Source: Candidatus Latescibacterota bacterium (GTDB lineage: Bacteria > Latescibacterota > UBA2968 > UBA8231). From it: 64,000 nt of DNA. Made by a program: the position numbers and the translations under genes. Each line of letters starts with the position of its first letter. Positions within the stretch are counted from its first letter, which is position 1. The notes beneath the pieces are model-generated. The model had not been told where the DNA came from and ran no database searches. It saw nothing but the letters and a program-made list of their open reading frames with translations. Location: NCBI GenBank assembly GCA_965243025.1, contig CBDETY010000003.1, positions 5,568,001 through 5,632,000 of the forward strand, given 5' to 3'. Below are positions 40,441 through 49,621 of this stretch, piece by piece.

Positions 40441-41213
40441 TGCAGCAGGTTGCAGCACAATTGAACGAGGCGCCCCCCTACCGGATCACCCCGGAGATAC
40501 TTTCCCTGGTGGAGCGGATCGGGGAGGCCATCGGGCGGGCGGAGGCTTCCGGCGTCCCGCAGGATCTGCGGCTGCGGCGTATCAACCGCATCCGCACCAT
40601 ACAGGGATCGCTGGCGATCGAGGGGAACACCCTGACCGAGGGACAGATATCGACGCTGTTGGACGGCAAACCGGTCGCCGGACCCCTGCGGGAAATCCAG
40701 GAAGCCCGCAACGCCATCAAGGCGTACGACGTGTACGAGGCGTGGGATCCGGCCAACGAGGCCGACCTCCTGGAGGCGCACCGAATCCTGATGGCCGGCC
40801 TGCTGGACAGGCCGGGGAGTTACCGCCGCGGCCGGGTGATGGTCGGAGGACCTGGCGGGGTCCACCACGTCGGCCCGCCCCCGGCCCGGGTGCCGGAGCA
40901 GATGGGGAAGCTGCTTGGGTGGGTGGGAAGTGCCGGGGAGCATCCGCTGATCGCCGGTTCGGTCTTTCATTACGAGTTCGAGTTCATCCATCCCTTCGAG
41001 GACGGCAACGGCCGCATGGGGCGGCTGTGGCAGACGCTGATTCTGACGCGCTGGCGGGACCTGTTCGCTCATCTTCCGGTCGAGAGCCTCGTGCACGCCC
41101 GCCAGAGCGACTACTACGCCGCCATCCGCGAGAGCACGGCCGCCGGGGAGAGCACGCCCTTCATCCTGTTCATGCTGGAAATCATCCGGCTTGCGGTTGA
41201 GGAGCAGACCTGA
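40440..41213 (+). CDS. Fic family protein
   Basis: Canonical HPFEDGNGRMGR motif and SLAIEGN inhibitory motif. Confidence 0.93.
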   Translation: MQQVAAQLNEAPPYRITPEILSLVERIGEAIGRAEASGVPQDLRLRRINRIRTIQGSLAIEGNTLTEGQISTLLDGKPVAGPLREIQEARNAIKAYDVYEAWDPANEADLLEAHRILMAGLLDRPGSYRRGRVMVGGPGGVHHVGPPPARVPEQMGKLLGWVGSAGEHPLIAGSVFHYEFEFIHPFEDGNGRMGRLWQTLILTRWRDLFAHLPVESLVHARQSDYYAAIRESTAAGESTPFILFMLEIIRLAVEEQT

Positions 41214-41464
41214 GCGGGGATGCCAGGCCTGGGGCAACCTGGCCTGGCATGCATCAATTGTCCTTCTGTTTGAGCGAGCGGCGTGAACTTCCGCGGCCCT
41301 CGAGAGGTCCCTGCCCGGGGTTGATTTTTCGGGGCCCGCGGCCAAAGTTCCCCTTCAGTTGACCGTTGCGAGAGCTGCCGGCCGGTACCGTCCCGGCAGC
41401 GGCGGCTGCTGAAAACGCCGACCGGAAGCGCATCTCGTTCCGCGATAGCGGCAAAGGATTCCAA

Positions 41465-41932
41465 ATGACTGAAAAAGCGATGTTCGGAGCTGGCTGTTTC
41501 TGGGGGGTGGAGGCCGCCTTCCTCGAGGTTCCCGGGGTGGCCGACGTCGCCTCGGGCTATTCCGGAGGCCGCACCGACAACCCGACCTACCGGCAGGTGT
41601 GCAGCGACACCACCGGCCACGCCGAGGTGGTCGAGATCGACTTCGACCCTGGGAAGGTCTCCTACGAGCGGCTCGTCGAGATCTTCTTCGGCATCCACGA
41701 TCCCACCACCCTGAACCGGCAGGGGCCGGACTTCGGCTCGCAGTACCGCTCCGCCATCTTCTACCGCACCCCGGAGCAGCGGGAGGCGGCCGAACGGGTG
41801 AAGGCGGAGCAGGAGGCTTCCGGCCGGCACGGCCGCCCCATCGTCACCGAGGTGACCGCGGCAGGCCAGTTCTTCCGCGCCGAGGAGTACCACCAGCGCT
41901 ACTTCCAGCGGCGCGGGATCGCCCACCATTAG
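41465..41932 (+). CDS. msrA: Peptide-methionine (S)-S-oxide reductase
   Basis: GCFWG, GHAE, QYRSAIF and AEEYHQRY motifs. Confidence 0.96.
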   Translation: MTEKAMFGAGCFWGVEAAFLEVPGVADVASGYSGGRTDNPTYRQVCSDTTGHAEVVEIDFDPGKVSYERLVEIFFGIHDPTTLNRQGPDFGSQYRSAIFYRTPEQREAAERVKAEQEASGRHGRPIVTEVTAAGQFFRAEEYHQRYFQRRGIAHH

Positions 41933-41972
41933 AAAACAGCTGGACCGCCATTTCCATCAGATCGGAGCGGCA

Positions 41973-43256
41973 GTGAACGACAAATCCAGGGCGCTGTACG
42001 AACGCGCGACCAGCCTGATCCCGGGCGGCGTAAACAGCCCGGTGCGGGCTTTCAAGGCGGTCGGCGGAGATCCCCTCTTCATCCGCGAGGCGGACGGCCC
42101 GTACGTCGTCGACGCCGACGGCAGGCGCTACATCGACTACGTCGGCTCCTGGGGGCCGATGATCCTCGGGCACCGGCCGCCGGCCGTCATCGAGGCGCTC
42201 GGGGAGGTGCTCGGGCGCGGCACCAGCTTCGGGGCCCCGACCGACATCGAGGTGGAGCTGGCCGCCCTGATCGCCGGGGTGGTGCCGTCGGTGGAGAAGG
42301 TGCGCATGGTCAACTCCGGCACCGAGGCATGCATGACGGCCGTCCGCCTCGCCCGCGGCTTCACCGGGCGCGACGCGGTGCTGAAGTTCAACGGCTGCTA
42401 CCACGGCCACTCCGACAGCCTGCTGGTCGACGCCGGCAGCGGGGTCGCCACCTTCGGCATCGCCGGCAGCCCCGGAGTCCCGTCCGATATCGCCCGCCTC
42501 ACCGCCAGCATCGAGTTCAACGACCTCGACCTCCTGGCGAAATCGATCGCAAGCCTCGGCCCCGGCAACGTCGCCGCGGTGATCCTCGAGCCGGTGCCGG
42601 GAAACATGGGACTGGTGCTGCCGCGGCCCGGCTTCCTGCGGGGGGTGCGCGACCTGTGCAGCGAGCACGGCATCCTGCTGATCTTCGACGAGGTGATGAC
42701 GGGGTTCCGCGTCGGACTGGGCGGCGCCCAGGAGCGCTTCGGGGTCATGCCCGACCTGTGCACTTTTTCCAAGGTCATCGGGGGCGGCCTGCCGGTCGGC
42801 GCCTTCGGGGGCAGGGCCGACATCATGGACGCGCTGGCCCCTGCAGGCCCGGTGTATCAGGCCGGCACCCTGTCGGGGAATCCCCTCGCCATGACCGCGG
42901 GGCTGGCGACCTTGCGCTGCCTGCGCGACGAGGACCCCTACCCCGAGCTGGAGGAGCGCGGCGCCCAGTGGGTCGCCGGCATGAGGGAAGCGGCGGCCGC
43001 CGCCGGCGTCGAGGCCGTGGTCGATCACTGCGGCTCGATGGTCGGCCTGTTCTTCACCCCGGGCCCGGTCGTCAACTACGCCGACGTCCAGCGCGCCGAC
43101 ACCGGGCTGTTCCAGCGCTGGTTCCGCGGCATGCTGGAGGAGGGGATCTACATCGCCCCCTCCGCCTTCGAGGTCGGGTTCATATCGACGACACACACCT
43201 CCGAGCTGGTGGAGGAAACCGTCGCCGCGGCCGGCCGCGTGCTGTCGCGGCTGTAG
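41973..43256 (+). CDS. hemL: Glutamate-1-semialdehyde 2,1-aminomutase
   Basis: GGVNSPVRAF, SGTEA, FDEVMTGFR, KVIGGG and AGTLSGNP motifs. Confidence 0.96.
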   Translation: MNDKSRALYERATSLIPGGVNSPVRAFKAVGGDPLFIREADGPYVVDADGRRYIDYVGSWGPMILGHRPPAVIEALGEVLGRGTSFGAPTDIEVELAALIAGVVPSVEKVRMVNSGTEACMTAVRLARGFTGRDAVLKFNGCYHGHSDSLLVDAGSGVATFGIAGSPGVPSDIARLTASIEFNDLDLLAKSIASLGPGNVAAVILEPVPGNMGLVLPRPGFLRGVRDLCSEHGILLIFDEVMTGFRVGLGGAQERFGVMPDLCTFSKVIGGGLPVGAFGGRADIMDALAPAGPVYQAGTLSGNPLAMTAGLATLRCLRDEDPYPELEERGAQWVAGMREAAAAAGVEAVVDHCGSMVGLFFTPGPVVNYADVQRADTGLFQRWFRGMLEEGIYIAPSAFEVGFISTTHTSELVEETVAAAGRVLSRL

Positions 43257-43260
43257 CCGG
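43219..43260 (+). repeat. 42-bp direct repeat, left copy (hemL 3' end)
   Basis: 40/42 identical to 44043-44084. Confidence 0.85.
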
Positions 43261-43341
43261 TACTCAACAAGCCTTCTGCGCCAGGGTTCTACGACATAGG
43301 GAAACCAGAGGTTGCCCTATGCTCCGGTGGAGAAAGACCGC

Positions 43342-43396
43342 TGGGGATTATTTCCTGACAGGAAATTACCCCATTGACGTTAATTATCTAATAGAT
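43342..43396 (+). promoter_or_regulatory. Putative TA promoter/operator
   Basis: Inverted repeat with core ATTTCCTG-A-CAGGAAAT (43342-43373), TTGACG at 43374 and ATCTA-A-TAGAT palindrome (43386-43396) in an AT-rich leader. Confidence 0.5.
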
Positions 43397-43407
43397 GATT
43401 TTTCTTC

Positions 43408-43665
43408 ATGTTCAAAGTCATGATCACCAAAGAAGCAAGGCGGCGACTACGAGCGATTCCTTCCAACTTGGAGAGAACCATAATCGACAAAATCAGTAAC
43501 CTTGCAGCGGATCCTTTCGCTCCAAACAACAACATTACCGCTTTGAAGGGCACCGCTGGCTACAGGCTGAGAGTGGGCGATTGGCGGGTGCTTTACACAC
43601 TCGATGCAGCAGCCCGAACGATGACAGTTGCGGCTATCCTACCCCGAGGAGAAGCATACCGATGA
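43408..43665 (+). CDS. RelE/ParE family type II toxin
   Basis: 85 aa with YRLRVGDWRVLY and PRGEAY motifs. Confidence 0.9.
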   Translation: MFKVMITKEARRRLRAIPSNLERTIIDKISNLAADPFAPNNNITALKGTAGYRLRVGDWRVLYTLDAAARTMTVAAILPRGEAYR

Positions 43666-44033
43666 CCCGTGCCACAATTCAGACCCTCTCTCTGGCAGGT
43701 GAAGAGTTCGCCGTTGTCCCGCTTGCAGAGTACGAGGCATTGAGAAATCTCGCTGAGGAGGATGCCGTGGATTCCGCCATTATTCAGCGCATTCTCGAAG
43801 ATCCCGATCAGGAACTCGTGCCCTTCGAGTTGTCCAAGCGCCTCGCGGACGGCGAACATCCGGTTCGCGTATGGCGGGAACACCGCGGCTTGAAGGCCAG
43901 CGAGCTTGCCGCCAGCGCTGGCGTGCCGGCCTCCTATCTGTCGGATATCGAGAAGGGGAAGAAACCCGGTTCGGTCAATGCACTGAAGCGCTTGGCTGCC
44001 GCGCTCAACGTGACTGTGGATGACCTGATCTGA
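43662..44033 (+). CDS. XRE-family HTH antitoxin
   Basis: ATGA overlap with toxin. HPVRVWRE...YLSDIEKGKK HTH. Confidence 0.88.
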   Translation: MTRATIQTLSLAGEEFAVVPLAEYEALRNLAEEDAVDSAIIQRILEDPDQELVPFELSKRLADGEHPVRVWREHRGLKASELAASAGVPASYLSDIEKGKKPGSVNALKRLAAALNVTVDDLI

Positions 44034-44042
44034 TGGTGAACC

Positions 44043-44084
44043 CCGTCGCCGCGGCCCGCCGCGTGATGTCGCGGCTGTAGCCGG
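44043..44084 (+). repeat. 42-bp direct repeat, right copy
   Basis: Degenerate copy of the last hemL codons including the stop. Confidence 0.85.
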
Positions 44085-44364
44085 GTTCCACCCGCGGCGT
44101 GCGAGCCCCCTTTGCGCTTCGGAACCTGTCAACCGCTCGCCAGTCAAAGGGGCAGCGCGGCGGTTGGTCCGTGAACGGGCGACGCGGCCTGCGATTTGCC
44201 TGACCAGCGCCGCGGCCATACGTTTCCACACAGCTTCAAAGCTCACCTGCCCAATCCTTCCGCGATTTCCAGCGTCACCTCTCGGCTTCAATCCTGCCTG
44301 CTTTGGTGGTATCACCCGAGGTTGCGTCGCCGTTTATCCCGGGTCCACTGAAACAGGAGTCATC

Positions 44365-45612
44365 ATGCATTCCCATCAGTTCGAAGAGCTCTCACTGAGC
44401 AAGCCCATTCTCCGCGCTCTCACGGAGGAGGGGTATGAACAACCCACCCCCATTCAGCGCGCCGCCATACCGGAAGTGCTCGACGGCAACGACGTTCTCG
44501 CCGCCGCCCAGACCGGCACCGGAAAAACCGCCGCCTTCACGCTGCCGATGCTCCAGCGGCTGCAGGCGCGGATGAACGGCAACAGGCCGGTCCGCGGCCT
44601 GATCCTGACGCCGACGCGAGAGCTGGCCCTTCAGGTCGCCGGGAGTCTGAGCGACTACGGCCGCCATCTGCCGCTGCGCGCAACCGTCCTGCTCGGCGGC
44701 GTCTCCGCCGGACCGCAGATTGCCGCCCTGCGCAAGAGACCCGACATCGTCGTCGCGACGCCGGGACGGCTGCTCGATCTGTACCGGCAGCGCGAGGTCA
44801 AGCTCGATGCAGTGGAAGTTCTCGTCCTCGACGAGGCGGACCGCATGCTCGACATGGGGTTTGCGCCCGACGTCCGCCGCATTGTCTCGGCGACGCCGCG
44901 AAAGCGCCAGACGCTGCTTTTTTCGGCGACCCTGTCCGCGGAGATCGCCAAGCTCTCCGGCGACATGATGCGCGATCCGTCCCGCATCGAAGTCACCCCG
45001 GCCGCTTCGGTTCCGGAGCTGATCGATCAGAAGGTTTTCTTCGTTGCCCAGGAGCACAAGCGCAACCTGCTGACCGCGGTTCTCAAGGACGAGAAGACAG
45101 AACGGGCCCTGGTTTTTACGCGCACGAAACACCGCGCCAACCGCCTGACCAGGCAGCTGCGCAATGGGGGCATCGGAGTCGAGGTCATGCACTCGAACAA
45201 GGGCCAAGGGGCCCGGCAGGCGGCGCTCGAGGCGTTCGACCGCGGCCGGGTCAAGGTTCTGGTCGCAACCGACATCGCCGCCCGCGGGATCGACGTAGAG
45301 GCCATTTCGCACGTGATCAACTACGAGATGCCCGTCGACCCGGAAAGTTATGTGCACCGCATCGGCCGCACCGCCCGCGCCGGGTGCATCGGGATGGCGA
45401 TGTCGTTCTGCAACGCCGAAGAGGTCGGCCTGATCAAGGGCATCGAACGGCTTACCCGCTCCCGGCTGGTTGCGGAAAACGACCACCCCTTTCACTCTGC
45501 CGCTATTGCTGCGCTGCGGCCCGGCACGGCGCCTGAACCGGCGCGGACCGAACGACCGGAACCCCCCAGGCAATTCGGCCGCCGCGCCAGGAAAGCTACC
45601 CCCCGCCGGTAG
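44365..45612 (+). CDS. DEAD-box RNA helicase (RhlE-like)
   Basis: Q motif, AQTGTGKT, PTREL, DEAD, SAT and HRIGRTAR motifs. Confidence 0.95.
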   Translation: MHSHQFEELSLSKPILRALTEEGYEQPTPIQRAAIPEVLDGNDVLAAAQTGTGKTAAFTLPMLQRLQARMNGNRPVRGLILTPTRELALQVAGSLSDYGRHLPLRATVLLGGVSAGPQIAALRKRPDIVVATPGRLLDLYRQREVKLDAVEVLVLDEADRMLDMGFAPDVRRIVSATPRKRQTLLFSATLSAEIAKLSGDMMRDPSRIEVTPAASVPELIDQKVFFVAQEHKRNLLTAVLKDEKTERALVFTRTKHRANRLTRQLRNGGIGVEVMHSNKGQGARQAALEAFDRGRVKVLVATDIAARGIDVEAISHVINYEMPVDPESYVHRIGRTARAGCIGMAMSFCNAEEVGLIKGIERLTRSRLVAENDHPFHSAAIAALRPGTAPEPARTERPEPPRQFGRRARKATPRR

Positions 45613-45761
45613 GCGGTCTCCGGATTGCCCGACGATGAACCGTTCCCGCCTGCGCCGCATCTGGCCGGACCGCACCATGGGTTCTGCCGGCTGCACTCTC
45701 GGCAGGTGATTCTTCTACTGGATACATCCACATCTCAGACATCTCGGAAAGGACTGAACCG

Positions 45762-46319
45762 ATGAAGAAAACAGCACTTGCCCTGCTCGCCGCCCTCGCT
45801 CTCGCCGTGTCCGCCGAGGAGGGCGGCAAGATGCCGGACGAGGCAGAAGGCCAGATGCATCCCCCGTCCTACGTCGGCTCGCCGGAGCTCGAGCGCATGA
45901 AGGGGCTCGCCGGCAGCTGGGTGGTGACCGGAGGCATGCCGACGGGCAAGGGAGCCGAAGGAGAGGGGGAGATGACGGTCGGCACCGAGTACCGCGTCGC
46001 CGCCAACGGCAGCGTCGTCGTCGAGCGCAACTTCCCGGACACGCCGAAGGAGATGATCTCCGTGTACCACGACCGCGGCGGCAAGCTGTCGATGACCCAC
46101 TACTGCGCCATGGGCAACCAGCCGCAGATGACCCTCACCGGCTCGGAGGACGGGGTGCTGACCTTCGAGATGGTCAAGGGCTCCATCGAGTCGGAGGAGA
46201 TGCCGCACATGAACTCCCTGTCGATCGCCTTCGACGGGGACGAGATGTCCCAGTCCTGGACGATGTTCGACGGCAGCGGGCAGAAGACGCACACCATGAC
46301 CTTCCGCCGCGCCAGGTAG
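45762..46319 (+). CDS. Secreted hypothetical protein
   Basis: MKKTALALLAALALAVSA signal peptide, THYCAMGNQP motif. Confidence 0.75.
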   Translation: MKKTALALLAALALAVSAEEGGKMPDEAEGQMHPPSYVGSPELERMKGLAGSWVVTGGMPTGKGAEGEGEMTVGTEYRVAANGSVVVERNFPDTPKEMISVYHDRGGKLSMTHYCAMGNQPQMTLTGSEDGVLTFEMVKGSIESEEMPHMNSLSIAFDGDEMSQSWTMFDGSGQKTHTMTFRRAR

Positions 46320-46344
46320 ATCGGTGTAGCCCCGTTTAGATTGC

Positions 46345-46383
46345 ACCCGCCGCGACCGAAGCTTGCGTCGCGGCGGGTTTTTT
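46345..46383 (+). terminator. Intrinsic terminator
   Basis: ACCCGCCGCGAC-N10-GTCGCGGCGGGT followed by a T tract. Confidence 0.75.
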
Positions 46384-46398
46384 CATGTAATGCCCGTC

Positions 46399-47841
46399 AT
46401 GCCAGAGCGTCCGAACATCATCCTGATCATGACCGACCAGCAGCGCGGAGACTGCGTCGCCCGCGACCCGCATTCTCCCGCCCCGCTGCAGACGCCGAAC
46501 CTCGACTGGCTGGCGCGCTCGGGAGCGCACTTCCTGCACGCCTACGCCGAGTGCCCGAGCTGCATCCCGGCGCGGCGCTCGCTGATGTCGGGGATGGCCC
46601 CGGCCGCCAACGGCATGGTCGGCTTCCAGGTCGCCGAGTGGAACCCTCCCCACACCCTGGCCGGGGAGCTGTCGAAAGCAGGCTACCAGACCGAGATGAT
46701 CGGCAAGGCCCACCTCTTCCCGGCGCGCCGCCGCTACGGCTTCGACCGCATGCAGCTCGCCGACGCCACCAGGGGCCGCGAGAACGACTACGTCGACTGG
46801 CTGCGCGAGCGCCACGGCCGCTTCGAGGTCGACCCCGGCATGGCGCACGGCGTCTCCTCCAACGGCTGGGTCGGGCGGCCCCACCACCTGCCCGAGGAGC
46901 AGATGCACACCTTCTGGGTCATCGACCGCGCCATGGAGTTCCTGAAGAAGCGGGACCCGACGGCGCCCTTCTTCCTCAACCTCTCCTTCATCGATCCGCA
47001 TCCGCCGCTGACGCCGCCTGCGTTCCACTACCAGCGCTACATCGAGCGGGAGATCCCGGAGCCGGTTGTCGGGGACTGGGCCCCGCGGTTCGACGGGCCG
47101 CAGAGCGGGCTCGACCCCAACGCCTGGGAGATCCGTCTCGACGAGCAGCAGATGCGCTGTTCCCGGGCCGCCTACTACGGCATGGTCAACTTCATCGACG
47201 ACCAGATCGGCCGCCTCATCCAGTACACCAAGGGCCTCGACGACTGTCTCGTTATCTTCACCTCCGACCACGGCGAGATGCTTGGGGACCACAACCTCTT
47301 CCGCAAGACCTGGCCCTACGAGGCTTCGGCGCGGGTGCCGTTCATCCTCCGCGCCCCGGCTTCGTGGGAACTGCCCGGCGGGATTACTACCTCATCCCCG
47401 GTCGGCCTCCAGGACGTCATGCCGACCCTGCTCGACGCCGCCGGCCTGGAGGTTCCCTGCAACTGCACCGGCCGCAGCCTGCTGCCGGTGATCCGGGGGG
47501 AGGAGACCTCGGTGCGCGAGGTCCTTCACGGAGAGCACGCCGGCTGCTACGACTACGCCCACGGCAACCACTTCCTCACCGACGGCGGCCACAAGTACGT
47601 CTGGTACTCGCAGAGCGGGCGCGAGCACCTTTTCGATCTCGACGCCGACCCGCAGGAGGAGCGGGACCTGGCGCTTCTGCCCGACCGCGAGAGCCGGCTC
47701 GCCCCCTGGCGGACGCGGCTCGCCAAGGTTCTGCGGGACCGGCCGGAGGGGTTCGTCGAGGGAGGCCGCCTGGTTGCCGGGCGGCCGCACACGCACCTGA
47801 TTCCGGGGTACGACCCGGGAGAGACGCACGATTTCCTGTGA
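46399..47841 (+). CDS. Sulfatase (formylglycine-dependent)
   Basis: PNIILIMTDQ, CIPAR (CxPxR), GKAH and SDHG motifs. Confidence 0.93.
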   Translation: MPERPNIILIMTDQQRGDCVARDPHSPAPLQTPNLDWLARSGAHFLHAYAECPSCIPARRSLMSGMAPAANGMVGFQVAEWNPPHTLAGELSKAGYQTEMIGKAHLFPARRRYGFDRMQLADATRGRENDYVDWLRERHGRFEVDPGMAHGVSSNGWVGRPHHLPEEQMHTFWVIDRAMEFLKKRDPTAPFFLNLSFIDPHPPLTPPAFHYQRYIEREIPEPVVGDWAPRFDGPQSGLDPNAWEIRLDEQQMRCSRAAYYGMVNFIDDQIGRLIQYTKGLDDCLVIFTSDHGEMLGDHNLFRKTWPYEASARVPFILRAPASWELPGGITTSSPVGLQDVMPTLLDAAGLEVPCNCTGRSLLPVIRGEETSVREVLHGEHAGCYDYAHGNHFLTDGGHKYVWYSQSGREHLFDLDADPQEERDLALLPDRESRLAPWRTRLAKVLRDRPEGFVEGGRLVAGRPHTHLIPGYDPGETHDFL

Positions 47842-47920
47842 GCCGGCGCCGGGCCCGTTGGGGCAAACTGATTACAAGCTGGCTGAGGCCGAACGGGCAA
47901 CCTGAAGGGACGGGAACCGA

Positions 47921-49396
47921 ATGAGAGCGGTAATGGTGATGTTCGACTCGCTGAACCGGCACATGCTGCCGCCCTACGGCTGCGACTGGACGCATGCGCC
48001 GAACTTCCGGCGGCTCGCCGAGCGCACCGTCACCTTCGACAACAGCTGGATCTGCTCGATGCCCTGCATGCCGGCGCGGCGCGACCTGCACACCGGGCGC
48101 CCCAACTTCCTGCACCGCGCCTGGGGCCCGCTGGAGCCGTTCGACGACTCGGTGCCGCGGCTGCTGCGCGAAAACGGCGTCTCGTCGCACCTCGTCAGCG
48201 ACCACTACCACTACTGGGAAACCGGGGGCGCCACCTACCACACGCAGTACTCGACCTGGCAGTTCTTCCGCGGCCAGGAGGGGGACCCGTGGATGGGGCA
48301 GGCGGCCCCGGCTCCTCCAGGCACGGCCGCCGGCCAGAACGCCTCGGAGAGCGACTGGCACCGCCAGGACCGGGTAAACCGCGCCTTCATGCGCCGCGAG
48401 CAGGACCAGCCGCAGTCGCGGACCTTCGCCGCCGGCATCGACTTCCTGCGCCGCAACAGCGGCGACGACGACTGGTTCCTCCAGATCGAGACCTTCGACC
48501 CGCACGAGCCGTTCTTCACGCAGCGGCACTACCGCGACCTCTACCCCGAGCTGATCGGCGACCGCAAGGCGCCGCTGTTCGACTGGCCGAAGTACGGCCC
48601 GGTGACCGAGTCCCGGGAGCTGGTCGACCAGTGCCGGGGGCGCTACGCGGCGCTGCTGAGCATGTGCGACGCCCGCCTCGGGGACGTGCTCGACGAGATG
48701 GACCGCCTCGGGATGTGGGAGGACACCATGCTCGTCGTCTGGACCGACCACGGCTTTCTCCTGGGGGAGCGCGACCTCTGGGCCAAGGGGCAGATGCCGT
48801 GGTACCGCGAGCACGCCAACACCCCGTTCTTCGTCTGGGACCCCCGGTGCGGAAGGAGCGGCGAGCGCCGCTCGTCGCTGGTGCAGCCGTCGATAGACCT
48901 GGGGCCGACCCTGCTCGACCTGTTCGGCCTCGAGCCCACCCCCGACATGCTCGGGCGGCCGCTTGCCGGCGTCGTCGACGGCGACCGCCCGGTCAGGGAG
49001 GCCGCCCTCTTCGGGGTTCACGGCGGGCATGTCAACGTCACCGACGGCCGCCGCGTGTACATGCGCGCCGCCGCCACCGATGACAACGGCCCGCTCTTCA
49101 ACTACACCCTGATGCCCGCCCACATGCGCGACATGTTCCCGGTGGAAGAGCTCGCCGGTGTGGACCTGGCGCCCCCGTTCTCCTTCACCAAGGGATGCCG
49201 GCCGATGCGCACCCCCTGCCTGAAGCCGCCCCCGTCGATCAGCTTCGAGACGCTGCTCTTCGACCTCGAAAGCGACGAGTGGCAGCGGCGGCCCCTCACC
49301 GATGCCGGGATGGAGGATCGCATGTCCGGCCTGATGCGGGAGCTGATGCGGGAATGCGACGCGCCGGGCGAGCAGTACGAACGCCTCGGGCTGTAG
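47921..49396 (+). CDS. Sulfatase
   Basis: CMPAR, FDPHEP and TDHG motifs. Confidence 0.93.
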   Translation: MRAVMVMFDSLNRHMLPPYGCDWTHAPNFRRLAERTVTFDNSWICSMPCMPARRDLHTGRPNFLHRAWGPLEPFDDSVPRLLRENGVSSHLVSDHYHYWETGGATYHTQYSTWQFFRGQEGDPWMGQAAPAPPGTAAGQNASESDWHRQDRVNRAFMRREQDQPQSRTFAAGIDFLRRNSGDDDWFLQIETFDPHEPFFTQRHYRDLYPELIGDRKAPLFDWPKYGPVTESRELVDQCRGRYAALLSMCDARLGDVLDEMDRLGMWEDTMLVVWTDHGFLLGERDLWAKGQMPWYREHANTPFFVWDPRCGRSGERRSSLVQPSIDLGPTLLDLFGLEPTPDMLGRPLAGVVDGDRPVREAALFGVHGGHVNVTDGRRVYMRAAATDDNGPLFNYTLMPAHMRDMFPVEELAGVDLAPPFSFTKGCRPMRTPCLKPPPSISFETLLFDLESDEWQRRPLTDAGMEDRMSGLMRELMRECDAPGEQYERLGL

Positions 49397-49411
49397 GGTC
49401 CCCGTTTTCCC

Positions 49412-49603
49412 GTGATCGACACTCTCGTCAGCTACATCGAGCGCCTGACGCGCAGCGACGCCTTCGAGATCGTCGCCGCCGTCGCCGTGCTCCTCGTCTG
49501 GTGGTTCGCCACCAGGGTGCGGCGCGCCCTGCGCCTGCTCGAAGGCGAGGACCCTTCCGGCCCGAAGGAGCCGCGCCCGCGCCGGCGCCTGCCCCTCTCC
49601 TGA
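49412..49603 (+). CDS. Small single-TM hypothetical protein
   Basis: Fills the intergenic gap, one hydrophobic helix, host-like codon usage. Confidence 0.55.
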   Translation: MIDTLVSYIERLTRSDAFEIVAAVAVLLVWWFATRVRRALRLLEGEDPSGPKEPRPRRRLPLS

Positions 49604-49621
49604 AACCCGCGGGTTCCCCGA

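Noticed and set aside
41465-41932. Sec-containing MsrA
   Set aside because: The active site is encoded by TGT (GCFWG) with no in-frame UGA.
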